Part shown: piece after piece, positions 1 through 8,825 of the stretch
Position numbering within the stretch: position 1 is the stretch's first letter
Layout: every line of letters starts with the position of its first letter
Assembly: GCA_964401715.1 (NCBI GenBank)
Contig: CAYNZV010000001.1
Location: 7,649-71,648 of the forward strand
Direction: 5' to 3'
Length of the DNA stretch: 64,000 nt
Source: an uncultured Gemmatimonadaceae bacterium
Lineage (GTDB): Bacteria > Latescibacterota > UBA2968 > UBA8231
Made by a program: the position numbers and the translations under genes
Notes under the pieces: model-generated
What the model saw: the letters and a program-made list of their open reading frames with translations, nothing else
Database searches by the model: none
Told to the model about the DNA's origin: nothing

Positions 1-1
1 G

Positions 2-349
2 CCCCATGGTCATACCCAAGGCTGGGCGCCCAATGAGATCCACTATTTCACCGATGCCTTGTTCAAAGGAGGGGCACCGCTTCCGCGGCAAGTCGACACA
101 AGGACTGAAAACGGGAGGATCGTTTCTCGATTCGAGTCGGAGCGACCATTGATGAAGGCGACGCTCTGTTACACGCGGGCTACGGGTATGTGGACGGATC
201 GAAGGTGGAATCAGATCGGCGTCGGACTGGAGGAGGAAAGGCACGGTTACGTGGCGTCCGTCGAACTCCCCATGGAAACAACCGCGGCTTTCATAAATGT
301 CACCGATGATCGCGGTCTGCTGGTTTCATCGACACACATCCAACCCTGA
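2..349 (+). CDS. 3' end of a gene that enters from upstream of the window. Function unknown; a beta-rich C-terminal domain, possibly of an esterase-type hydrolase.
   Basis: The frame of listed ORF 59..349 stays open back to base 2 (PHGHTQGWAPNEIHYFTDALFKGG...). The 96-aa ORF is therefore only the tail of a longer protein. Stop at 347-349. Confidence 0.45.
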   Translation, partial: PHGHTQGWAPNEIHYFTDALFKGGAPLPRQVDTRTENGRIVSRFESERPLMKATLCYTRATGMWTDRRWNQIGVGLEEERHGYVASVELPMETTAAFINVTDDRGLLVSSTHIQP

Positions 350-471
350 CTTGAGTGCGCATTCCAGACGTGTAACAATGTGATCTATCGGCGCCCATTG
401 ACGTTTAGAAAGGAATATTGTAGCCGCACAATCGAGGGACTCGCGCCCGGCGCCAAGTCATCACGATACAC

Positions 472-2034
472 TCAGACGCGATATCCGAAGATCTTGGCGC
501 GAAACAGACGAAGGCGAATGGCCACTGTATCTCCAACAGAAGAAATGTCGCTGTTGCTGTTCCATGTAATCAGCTTGTCCTCCTCGTCACCGTAGATCCA
601 ATCGCAATCATCGAAGGTAAACCCCGGGGTTCCTCCGTCATCGGGGTACTTTCGTGAAGGCACCGCGTGACGCAGCTCCACCTTTATCCACCCACCGTTG
701 TCACAACGATAATTCAAGCGAAGCTCGTTATGGTGTCGTTTTAATGTCGGTACGGTGAAACGACCTTCGTTTTCGGCTTCGATGCCACAAAGGCGATGGG
801 GTTGCCAGCGTGCCCAGCGTATCTGCCGCGGCTCCTGTGGCATCGGCATGCCGGGATGGAAGCCGTTGTGCAGTCCCGTTCCGCCGGTGAACGGGACTGC
901 CCAGCGGCCGTCCGGCAGGACCACTGGACCTCCTTGGGCGTAGACGGTGCCGTCGCAGCCGCTGCCCGGAGCTCCGACCGGAATACACGGGCGTCGGTCC
1001 GGCCGGTTCCAGATGAGGCCGTCGCGACTGAAGGCGATCTGATTGTCCACGTGACCGCTGCTTTGATCGAAGATGTGTACTATCATGCAGTGCAGGCCCT
1101 TGCGTTCGGGGTACGGGAAGTAATAGCCGCCATAGAACGACACTTGTGGTCCGTCAAGGGCATCTGGATACAAAACGAGCTTCGGCGCCGGCCAGTCATA
1201 GAAATCCTTGGTGCGGGTTAAACCGATACATCGGCGGGTGTAATCCAGCTCTGGCGTACTATGGGCTAGCCCCTGGATCTCTTCATGGGCTAGCCCATGC
1301 ACCCGGATGTAAGAGAAGTAGGTTTTGGTTTCCGGCTCGAGCATCGGGAAGCTACCGCTGCCATCCGACGGCATGTTGGCTACTGGCTTACCGATTTGGT
1401 TCCAGTGCATCAGATCTGGCGAAGTGAACCCGCGCACATAGGCACGCATGACCATCGGTGGACCGGCATAGCTGTCCCCAGCATACTCCATATTGCCCAT
1501 CCGCTTCAGTCCTTCTTCGCCTTCCAGTTCTTCGCCGGTGTCGGGATCGAACATGCCGCCGATCTCAACCCAGGATTTGAAACGTTGCTCCGGCGAAGCC
1601 AACACATCTTCCATTACCAGTCCAATGCACTGATCGCACACCAGGTTGTTTTTGGTAGAGCCGTTGAAATCGATGCGGCCAATCTCCGGTCGTGTCCACT
1701 GGTAACCGTCGTTGCTGAAACGGTACCCGGTTCCTCCCGAGGCGCGATAAAGCATCCTGTATTGGTCGTTCTCCTGCCATAAGTACAACGGCAGCAACCC
1801 TCCTTCCCAGTCGGCATCTTCGTTGAAAAGTACCTCCGAGGTGGAAGCTTCCTCCATCGATAACCGAATGCCAGAGGGTGAGTCGAACAGGCCAAACTGT
1901 CCGTGCCGGTCTTTCCATCGATTTCCGGGATATACGTCGAACCAATCGCACAGAGGTTGCCATGCCCCCGAATTATCCCGCGCGCCGCGGCCAAAGGGCG
2001 CGCCGGGCAGATGTGGATTGGCGTTGTTGGCCAC
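472..2034 (-). CDS. Leaderless beta-propeller glycoside-hydrolase-like protein with C-terminal beta-sandwich (paralog 1 of 3)
   Basis: 520 aa with no signal peptide. Shares clear blocks with 53569..55158 and more loosely with 4648..6204: W.RP..G...FNGS..NN, FSRDGL(I/V)W.RP, ARW.PHR.CG.EAE.EGRFT.PT, ELRLNYRC..GGWI.VEL, and the tail AIR.R.F.AK.F.Y.V. The pattern resembles GH32/43/130-type five-bladed propellers. The exact family cannot be assigned by eye. Confidence 0.7.
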   Translation of the reverse strand: MANNANPHLPGAPFGRGARDNSGAWQPLCDWFDVYPGNRWKDRHGQFGLFDSPSGIRLSMEEASTSEVLFNEDADWEGGLLPLYLWQENDQYRMLYRASGGTGYRFSNDGYQWTRPEIGRIDFNGSTKNNLVCDQCIGLVMEDVLASPEQRFKSWVEIGGMFDPDTGEELEGEEGLKRMGNMEYAGDSYAGPPMVMRAYVRGFTSPDLMHWNQIGKPVANMPSDGSGSFPMLEPETKTYFSYIRVHGLAHEEIQGLAHSTPELDYTRRCIGLTRTKDFYDWPAPKLVLYPDALDGPQVSFYGGYYFPYPERKGLHCMIVHIFDQSSGHVDNQIAFSRDGLIWNRPDRRPCIPVGAPGSGCDGTVYAQGGPVVLPDGRWAVPFTGGTGLHNGFHPGMPMPQEPRQIRWARWQPHRLCGIEAENEGRFTVPTLKRHHNELRLNYRCDNGGWIKVELRHAVPSRKYPDDGGTPGFTFDDCDWIYGDEEDKLITWNSNSDISSVGDTVAIRLRLFRAKIFGYRV

Positions 2035-2181
2035 GGCAGTCTCCTGATACTTTCCAGTAGGCTATGAAAACCGTCTTGTGAGTGGGAACCTGATTGTCGA
2101 AACTACTTCTCTGCTTTGCTGAGCACAATTTTCGGCGATCGCTTTACCTCCAATGAGCAGAACGCCGGGGAGCCTCTACAT

Positions 2182-3675
2182 ATGGACAACAATCAGGGAG
2201 ATCGTCCGAACGTAGTATTGATCATGTCCGACCAGCACAACCGTGCTGTCATGGGGTGTGCTGGCCATCCGTTGGTGCAGACGCCGAACCTCGATGCCCT
2301 AGCGCGTCAGGGTACGCGTTTCAACAATGCCTATTGTCCATTTCCACTGTGCGGACCCTCTAGGGCCGGTTTCATGACCGCCCAGTACCCCAGCGACATC
2401 GGCGTTTTCGACGGGGACGATTTTTCATCCTCCGTACCTACCTTCGCTCACGGCATAGGGGCTGCCGGTTACGAGGCGGTTCTCTGCGGTCGCATGGGTT
2501 GGGGTGAATTGGATCAGTTCCACGGCTTCGAACAACGCATACACGGAGATGTCATTGGGTTCGATGCGATTCACAAAGAGATAATGGGGCGTGGATTCAA
2601 CAAGACCGCGGGGCAGACACGTTACGCCGTCGAGGTCGCGGGGTATGGTCGCACTGGCTATCAACTCTTCGACCAGAGCGTGGTCCAATCCTCCTGCTCC
2701 TTCATCAGAGCGCGCGACCCGAACTCCCGACCATACTGCTTGGTAGTGGGGTTGATTTTGCCTCACAATCCGCTCATTTGTGAACGGGAAATGTTCGAAT
2801 ATTACTTGGATCAGGTCCCGGTGCCAGAGCCGATGTCACAGGAATACCTCGAACGTTTGCATCCGGCGATGGAGAAATGGCGCGAACGACGGGAGGTGGA
2901 CGCCTTGACACCGGAACAGAATCGTCGCGGTTTGGCCGCGTATTACGGTCTGGTCACGGAGCTGGATGGCAGTGTCGGACGCATCGTTAATGCCGTGCAC
3001 GATTCAGCAGGAGCTGCCAACACGATCATAGTTTATTGTTCAGATCACGGCGACATGGCCTGCGAGCACGGCATGTGGTGGAAGAGCAATTTCTACGAGG
3101 GTTCGGTGGCTGTGCCGCTCATCATCTCAGGGCGGGGCTTTAAACAAGACGATGTTAGTGACGCGCTCGTGAGTCTGGTAGACGTGGGACCAACCATGTT
3201 GGACTTGGTGGGGGCCGAACCGCTGCCAGATGTTGCCGGTCGCACCTTTGCCGCGAGTCTGAGGACCAACGGCGACTCGTCGAACGCGACGACGGAGCTG
3301 TTTGCTCAATACAGCGGGCTACACGGAGATCAATCGGGATTTATGGTTCGGTCTGAGCAGTGGAAGCTGAACTACTACCACGAGTTCCAGTCGTGCCAAT
3401 TGTTCGACCTGGAAAATGACCCGGGGGAGCTATGGGATCGGGCAGAGGATCCAGATTGCAGCGAGATCGTTTCCGCATTGTTAGGAAAGATTGAACAGCG
3501 CTGGCTGCCGGCCAGGTATTCAGAGGAACACGAGAAGAAGCTTCGCGGCGACACCATGATCCGGAGCTGCGGTCATGGGCTCGCACCTCACGACGTTACC
3601 CATTTTTCCGGAATCCCCCGCTACAGCCAGTTTGATTATGCGCAGTTGCCACAGCCGCCGAGGCCGAAGGCTTAA
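2182..3675 (+). CDS. Cys-type (formylglycine) sulfatase, apparently cytoplasmic
   Basis: PNVVLIMSDQHN near the N-terminus and the C-x-P-x-R signature in PLCGPSRAGFMT. Also CSDHGDM and the typical sulfatase C-terminal half. The ORF opens at TTG 2116; ATG 2182 with GGGGAG upstream is the more likely start. No signal peptide from either start. Confidence 0.85.
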   Translation: MDNNQGDRPNVVLIMSDQHNRAVMGCAGHPLVQTPNLDALARQGTRFNNAYCPFPLCGPSRAGFMTAQYPSDIGVFDGDDFSSSVPTFAHGIGAAGYEAVLCGRMGWGELDQFHGFEQRIHGDVIGFDAIHKEIMGRGFNKTAGQTRYAVEVAGYGRTGYQLFDQSVVQSSCSFIRARDPNSRPYCLVVGLILPHNPLICEREMFEYYLDQVPVPEPMSQEYLERLHPAMEKWRERREVDALTPEQNRRGLAAYYGLVTELDGSVGRIVNAVHDSAGAANTIIVYCSDHGDMACEHGMWWKSNFYEGSVAVPLIISGRGFKQDDVSDALVSLVDVGPTMLDLVGAEPLPDVAGRTFAASLRTNGDSSNATTELFAQYSGLHGDQSGFMVRSEQWKLNYYHEFQSCQLFDLENDPGELWDRAEDPDCSEIVSALLGKIEQRWLPARYSEEHEKKLRGDTMIRSCGHGLAPHDVTHFSGIPRYSQFDYAQLPQPPRPKA

Positions 3676-3903
3676 GGCGCCCGCTTGAGGTGGTAATTCT
3701 CGCAGTTCCCCTTATCACACTACAGGCAGTTTTTCGGATTCTCGTCGTAGTAATTTTGCCGCTTGCCGATCGCTGTGATGATTGAATCGACAATCGCGAC
3801 CGCCTCTCCGCGTGGGCACTTGCTGGCCATTAGCGGCAGATGGACGATCTCTCTAATCGGCTAAATCCAATAGTGCGGGTCGAGTTCTAGATAGCGGTGT
3901 CGT

Positions 3904-4435
3904 TCAAACGTCGACGAGAAGCACCTCTGCTCCTTTGACGTTTTCTCGCTTCAATTCCCCAAGGGCCCGGTAGCTGGTAGGCGGTAACCTCCGGCGATAG
4001 CGGAATCTTGGCAGCCAAGGGCAAGAATGCTCTGATGTCGTGCTGGGTGATGTTGGCGACCGACTTGATCTCCCGTTCTATCCACAGATGTTAGTGGTAG
4101 TTGAGTTGCTGTAGATGTATCTTGTCGACCTCTTCCTTGCGAATGGCGTTGATGACGAGCCGGCCCCAAGGAACGAGGTTGGCCATCGGTGATTCTTGTC
4201 AACCGCAAGGCCCGATAGCCGATGGTGCCGGGGCATAGAAGAGGTGCGGCAGATTCATCGGAAAAACCAGATGGGACGAGGTAAGCGTAATCCTGCGGGA
4301 CCGTCATGTATTCCGCGTAACCACCATTTGCGTCGCGGCCGGTGGCGCGAAACTGCGGGCTGAGGTTTTCGTCCGGCTTACCTGTTGATGAATGTATCCG
4401 ACCGACGCGATCTCTCGGATTATCATCGCTTTCAT
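3904..4435 (-). pseudogene. Decayed zinc-type (MDR) alcohol dehydrogenase remnant
   Basis: Starts MKAMIIREI. After a frame change it reads FRATGRDANGGYAEYMTVPQDYAYLVPSGFSDESAAPLLCPGTIGYRAL, the classic GGYAEY / AAPLLCAG.T.YRAL region. It then needs further frame changes and contains an in-frame stop (..LNYH*HLWIEREIKSVANITQHDIRAFLPLAAKIPLSPEVTAYQL ... LGELKRENVKGAEVLLVDV*). The N-terminal catalytic region and the Rossmann core are largely missing. Confidence 0.6.
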
Positions 4436-4647
4436 CACAAACCCTTGAAAGATGAATATAATCCGTTTATCGGCACGGGTTCTGCGGTGTTGGTGGGTAT
4501 GTCTGAAATGATGCCGCAGCTTGTGCTTGACCTCGATAATGACAATCGGGTTTATCGATAGCGCAGAAGCCATACCGGACGGTGCGATCGTCCGACCGTC
4601 AACCTGCAAAAGGGAACGGCCCGACTAGGGCGTCGGAGGCCTACCAT

Positions 4648-6204
4648 ATGTCTATGCCACTACCAAGAACCATACCCGTGTTGGACTGGCACGGCGTCTT
4701 TCCCGGATACGCCAGTTACGACGAAGAAGGAAACTATTCTCCGCAGGACATGCCGCGCGGTGTTCGTCTGTCGCTGCAACTGGCGGAGCCGTCAGAACCG
4801 GTGTTCCGGCGGAAACACCGTTGGGAGGCGGGCAATCTTTTGCATCCGACCGTGTTCTGGGACGACGGTCGTTTGCGCATGTGGTACAGCGCACTTGCCT
4901 CCGTGGATGATCCTTGGGTGAAGAAAGGCAACATCCCGGGGAAATACCCCGGACTGTGGTGCTACGCCGAAAGCGAGGACGGCTTCCACTGGCAGCGGCC
5001 AAATCTGGGACTCTACGAATACGATGGCTCCACGGAGAACAATATCCTGTTGGCAAACGGCGACATTTCCGAAAACGGTTACGGTTATATGCATATGATG
5101 CGCGACTTAGCAGGGGATCCTGATGAGCGCTACAAGGGAATCGGCATCAAAGCGACCTTTAAAATCGACGATCAAACCGCAACCAAGGAAGAAGCCTTGG
5201 AGTTGACGGCCAAGCTGCAAGCCGCTGGTGACGCAGGTGAGATCGGTGAGCGTGTCAGCCGCCAGCTGGATATCGTCGGTGGCGTGTCGGCGGACGGCAT
5301 GCGCTGGGCCCACCTTACCGAACCGGTGATGGAGACGCCGTGGCTTTTGGACACCCAGAACATCCTTGCCTACGATGAAGATGTTTCCAAGTACGTGATC
5401 TATCTGCGCAGCGGCCGCTCACGACGCCGGGCGGTATCTCGCTACGAAGCGGACAGTTTCCGCGGGCCGTGGACCAACCACCATATGGTGCTTACCGCTG
5501 AGCCCGATGATCCGGTGGACTGGGACATATATGCGCCCTGTTATTGTCGTCATCCACATGCTGGCCACCTGATGTTCTTCTCGCCTTTTCACCGCGCCAG
5601 CGATCTGCTCGATGTACATCTAGCAGTGAGCCACGACGGCATCCTGTGGGCGCGCCCGGAGCGCAAACCGATCTTGCGTTTGACCGAGCAGTATGGCGGA
5701 TTGTGGCCAGCACCAGAGATCGTTGAGCTCGACGACAATCGCTGGGGGGTGTTAACCCTGGCTTCGCCGGCTCCCCACAACGCGCCGTATTTCTACGAGT
5801 CGCTAAAAGACACCGGGTCGTTCGCTGAAGGCGATATGGTGTATCTCTGGGCCCAGTGGCCGCGCAATCGCCTGGTGGCATGGGAAGCGGATGATTATGC
5901 TGAATTTTCTTTGTCGGAGCAGCTGTGCGCTGGGATGCAACTATGGCTCAACTACAAGACTCTGCAACCGGGAGCGTTCGTGCGCGTGGAGATTGTTGCT
6001 GGCAGGCTGCCCAACCGCACAAGCGCAGCTGCGCCGCCGCCGGCGAAAGGATTCTCTTTTGCCGACTGCGATACTCTAACCGGAGACGACCTCGATGGTC
6101 TCGTGAGTTGGGGGGGCAAGTCTGATCTGTCGCAATTTCGCGGCAAGGAGATCCATCTGCGTCTGCAAATGGCACGCGCCAAGGTGTTCTCTTTGTCGAT
6201 GTAG
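4648..6204 (+). CDS. Leaderless beta-propeller glycoside-hydrolase-like protein with C-terminal beta-sandwich (paralog 2 of 3, most divergent)
   Basis: The ORF opens at GTG 4582. ATG 4648 is preceded by GGAGGC and gives MSMPLPRTIPVLDWHG. Shares W.RPNLGLYEYDGSTENNIL, VSHDGILWARPE and the tail GKEIHLRLQMARAKVFSLSM with the 472..2034 and 53569..55158 proteins. Confidence 0.7.
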   Translation: MSMPLPRTIPVLDWHGVFPGYASYDEEGNYSPQDMPRGVRLSLQLAEPSEPVFRRKHRWEAGNLLHPTVFWDDGRLRMWYSALASVDDPWVKKGNIPGKYPGLWCYAESEDGFHWQRPNLGLYEYDGSTENNILLANGDISENGYGYMHMMRDLAGDPDERYKGIGIKATFKIDDQTATKEEALELTAKLQAAGDAGEIGERVSRQLDIVGGVSADGMRWAHLTEPVMETPWLLDTQNILAYDEDVSKYVIYLRSGRSRRRAVSRYEADSFRGPWTNHHMVLTAEPDDPVDWDIYAPCYCRHPHAGHLMFFSPFHRASDLLDVHLAVSHDGILWARPERKPILRLTEQYGGLWPAPEIVELDDNRWGVLTLASPAPHNAPYFYESLKDTGSFAEGDMVYLWAQWPRNRLVAWEADDYAEFSLSEQLCAGMQLWLNYKTLQPGAFVRVEIVAGRLPNRTSAAAPPPAKGFSFADCDTLTGDDLDGLVSWGGKSDLSQFRGKEIHLRLQMARAKVFSLSM

Positions 6205-6322
6205 CAATTGGTATCACCGTTCGAATCCCCGAGCTCTCGTATTCGCTACAGTTCATAGCATCAAGCTGCGGAGCGTGTGCCGCAATGCTCAACACGTCCG
6301 ATGGCGGACGCCAAGCGATTAA

Positions 6323-7132
6323 TCAGTCGTAATTGCTTCGCTGGTGGTCACCCATTAAGCGGCGCTGACGTTCGGTGGCTGTCTCGAGAATGGTCGGATC
6401 GAACTGGAAACGGTTGAGATAGGGTGGGTACTTCTGGGTGATCATGCGCATGCCGTAGTGCACTTGAAGAAGGTAGCGTGTCCGGTTGCTGGTGTTAGCG
6501 GTGCCACGGTGCCACACCTCGCTGCGGAACACGACCACGTCGCCTGCGTTGCAGAGAATCGACTTCTCGGGCTCCCCTCTCCAGGTTACCTCTCCCTTGT
6601 CACTGTCAGGTTTGCGACCGGACAAGTGGCTTCCTGGTACAAGATTGGTAGGTCCCAGCGTTACCACTTGGTCGTCCAAGTAAAAGTGGGTGGTGGTGAT
6701 GTAGATCGGTATGTGCACACGCGGGTCGGAGAGCACGTCTTCAGGTAGACTCAACGGCAGCCAGTCGGCGTGCAATGTTTGCGTTGGTCGTCCAGGACCC
6801 GTCATCCATGCGGTCATGCCGATGCAGTGACAATCTGCGCCGTGTACCGCTTCGGCGATTTCGATAATTCCTGGATAATCAAGGAACTGCACGAAGTGCT
6901 CGTGTCGATTGAACGCGTTGTTGATCGCCTTATTCATGAAGCCATGTTCGGCGGGATCGGTGCAACTGTCGCAACTCTCCGGGAGCGCAGTGAGAGCGTC
7001 CATTTGCGTTCGCAAAATGAGTATCTGGGCGGCGTCCAGAATGCCGGGGAGGTAGGTGTAGCCGTCGCGGTATAGAGCTTCAATTCTTTCCTCGAGGGAG
7101 GTGTAAGCCATCAATGGCAGTGCTTCAGCCAA
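6323..7132 (-). CDS. Phytanoyl-CoA dioxygenase (PhyH) family Fe(II)/2-oxoglutarate oxygenase, copy 1
   Basis: N-terminal YRDGYTYLPGILD, LHADW, and VVVFRSEVWHRGTANTS (distal His / Arg region), as in PhyH-family proteins. Start is uncertain: TTG 7132 or ATG 7111. Confidence 0.75.
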   Translation of the reverse strand: MAEALPLMAYTSLEERIEALYRDGYTYLPGILDAAQILILRTQMDALTALPESCDSCTDPAEHGFMNKAINNAFNRHEHFVQFLDYPGIIEIAEAVHGADCHCIGMTAWMTGPGRPTQTLHADWLPLSLPEDVLSDPRVHIPIYITTTHFYLDDQVVTLGPTNLVPGSHLSGRKPDSDKGEVTWRGEPEKSILCNAGDVVVFRSEVWHRGTANTSNRTRYLLQVHYGMRMITQKYPPYLNRFQFDPTILETATERQRRLMGDHQRSNYD

Positions 7133-7439
7133 CTTTGAACTTTCCCATATAGTAGTTGTCTCTTATTACGCCCGATTTCAACCGGTATTGCACATTTGAG
7201 TCGCGTCTAACTGCACCTGCCTAGCCATCAATATGACCTTACTGGCAAAAAATACCATTGCCAATCACCGTGATCCAGCGATGAATCGACTGACTCCCAG
7301 GGGCTCCCAATGAAAAACTCACAGTTCGCTTCGACAGATCTTTACGTGGCTACCCGCCGAACACCAGGATCATCGACAGCCCGAATCTTGACGCGAGCTT
7401 CGAAAAAGTACTGTATGCCATTTGTCTATTGGAGGACTC

Positions 7440-8690
7440 ATGAGTGAGTATGACTGTATCATTCGTGGCGGTCGTCTCATCGATCCGGGTAACAACATTG
7501 ACGATGAGCTCGATCTGGGCATTTCGGGCGGTCAGATAGCCGCTGTCGACAAGGGTCTCGATCTTTCGGTCGCAAACCAGGTGTACGATGCTACCGGAAA
7601 GCTAGTGGTGCCCGGGTTGATCGACTTGCACGCCCACTGTTATCTCAGTGTTACCCCAGGGGGCGTGGATATTGATCACTACGGCCTCGGGCGTGGCGTG
7701 ACGACCATCATCGATGCCGGCAGCGCCGGCAGCGACACCTTTGATGACTTCCGTGCCAACGCGATAGAGCGGTTCAAAACGCGCGTGATCGCCTTTCTTA
7801 ATATTTCGCGAGTCGGATTGTCCGTTTTCCGTAACAAAGATGGCAATGAGCTCGAACACCTGGCTTGCCCGGCATTCATCAACCACGCGGATTGCGTCAA
7901 CTGTCTCAATGCGAATCGCGACGTCATCGCTGGGGTCAAGGTGTTGTTATCTGCGGCATTGGCGGATGATGGTCGGAACGAAGCGAAGGCGTTTCGGGAA
8001 GCTCTACAAGCGGCCGTAACAACCGCCACGCCGCTGATGACCCATCACGCCCAATCGACCATATCTATAGATGAGTGTCCGGGCAGTATGCGGGCCGGCG
8101 ACATTTACACTCACTGCTATCATGGCTTCGAAAGCACCATTATCGATCCCCAAAGCCGTCGGGTGCACCCAGCAGTGCGCGCGGCGCGGACGCGCGGCGT
8201 TCTTTTCGACATTGGTCACGGCATGGGGGCGTTCAACTGGACGGTTGGGGAAATCTGTGCCGAAGAAGGGTTCTGGCCCGATATCATCAGCACCGACCTA
8301 CACACTGGCTGTTTCGAGGGACCTGCCTACGATATGCCTACGGTTATGACGCGAATGCTGCATCTTGGCATGCCGCTTCCAGAGCTGATCCGGAGGTCGA
8401 CCATTGTCCCAGCTACGACTATCGGTTGGGGTGATCGCATCGGGAGCTTGGGTATCGGTCGAGAAGCGGACGTGGCGGTTCTGACGCTCGAAGAAATGGA
8501 CATGGACCTGGAGGACTGCCAGAGTCAAATGCGCCGGGTTAAACAACGTCTCGTCGCGCAGGCGGTCTGGCGTGCGGGCGAGGCGGTAAAGGTTACGAAA
8601 CCACGTTGCTTTCCCAACAAGGGAAGAATAGAGGAACAGGCCGAGAACTGGCCGAAACTGGTTATCAGGGATGACTCTCGAGATCAATGA
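7440..8690 (+). CDS. Amidohydrolase-superfamily metallohydrolase (dihydroorotase / deacetylase-like)
   Basis: DCIIRGGRLIDPGNNIDDELDLGISGGQIAAVD followed by KLVVPGLIDLHAHCY (HxH metal motif), then FDIGHG and STDLH. GGAGGA lies 4 nt upstream of ATG 7440; the ORF opens at TTG 7422. Confidence 0.75.
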   Translation: MSEYDCIIRGGRLIDPGNNIDDELDLGISGGQIAAVDKGLDLSVANQVYDATGKLVVPGLIDLHAHCYLSVTPGGVDIDHYGLGRGVTTIIDAGSAGSDTFDDFRANAIERFKTRVIAFLNISRVGLSVFRNKDGNELEHLACPAFINHADCVNCLNANRDVIAGVKVLLSAALADDGRNEAKAFREALQAAVTTATPLMTHHAQSTISIDECPGSMRAGDIYTHCYHGFESTIIDPQSRRVHPAVRAARTRGVLFDIGHGMGAFNWTVGEICAEEGFWPDIISTDLHTGCFEGPAYDMPTVMTRMLHLGMPLPELIRRSTIVPATTIGWGDRIGSLGIGREADVAVLTLEEMDMDLEDCQSQMRRVKQRLVAQAVWRAGEAVKVTKPRCFPNKGRIEEQAENWPKLVIRDDSRDQ

Positions 8691-8825
8691 AACCATCGTG
8701 TTACAAAATGCTCCGATGAGGCGTCCCGGCTTTGCCAGAAACCTGGGCGGTGGTTCGTCTCCGTTGCCGTGTTTAGTTTTTAAATTCGTATAGAAACACA
8801 TGAACTGATAGGAGCTGACCCTACA

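Noticed and set aside
6219-6228. GTTCGAATCC, a tRNA T-loop-like string just after the stop of 4648..6204
   Set aside because: The flanking bases do not form a T-stem (CACCG versus CCCCG). No acceptor or anticodon arms can be drawn, so it is not a tRNA.
7237-7262. TGGCA-N-TTGCC arrangement upstream of the amidohydrolase gene, considered as a sigma-54 -24/-12 promoter
   Set aside because: The GG-to-GC spacing is about 16 nt instead of the required 12, so it does not fit the consensus.
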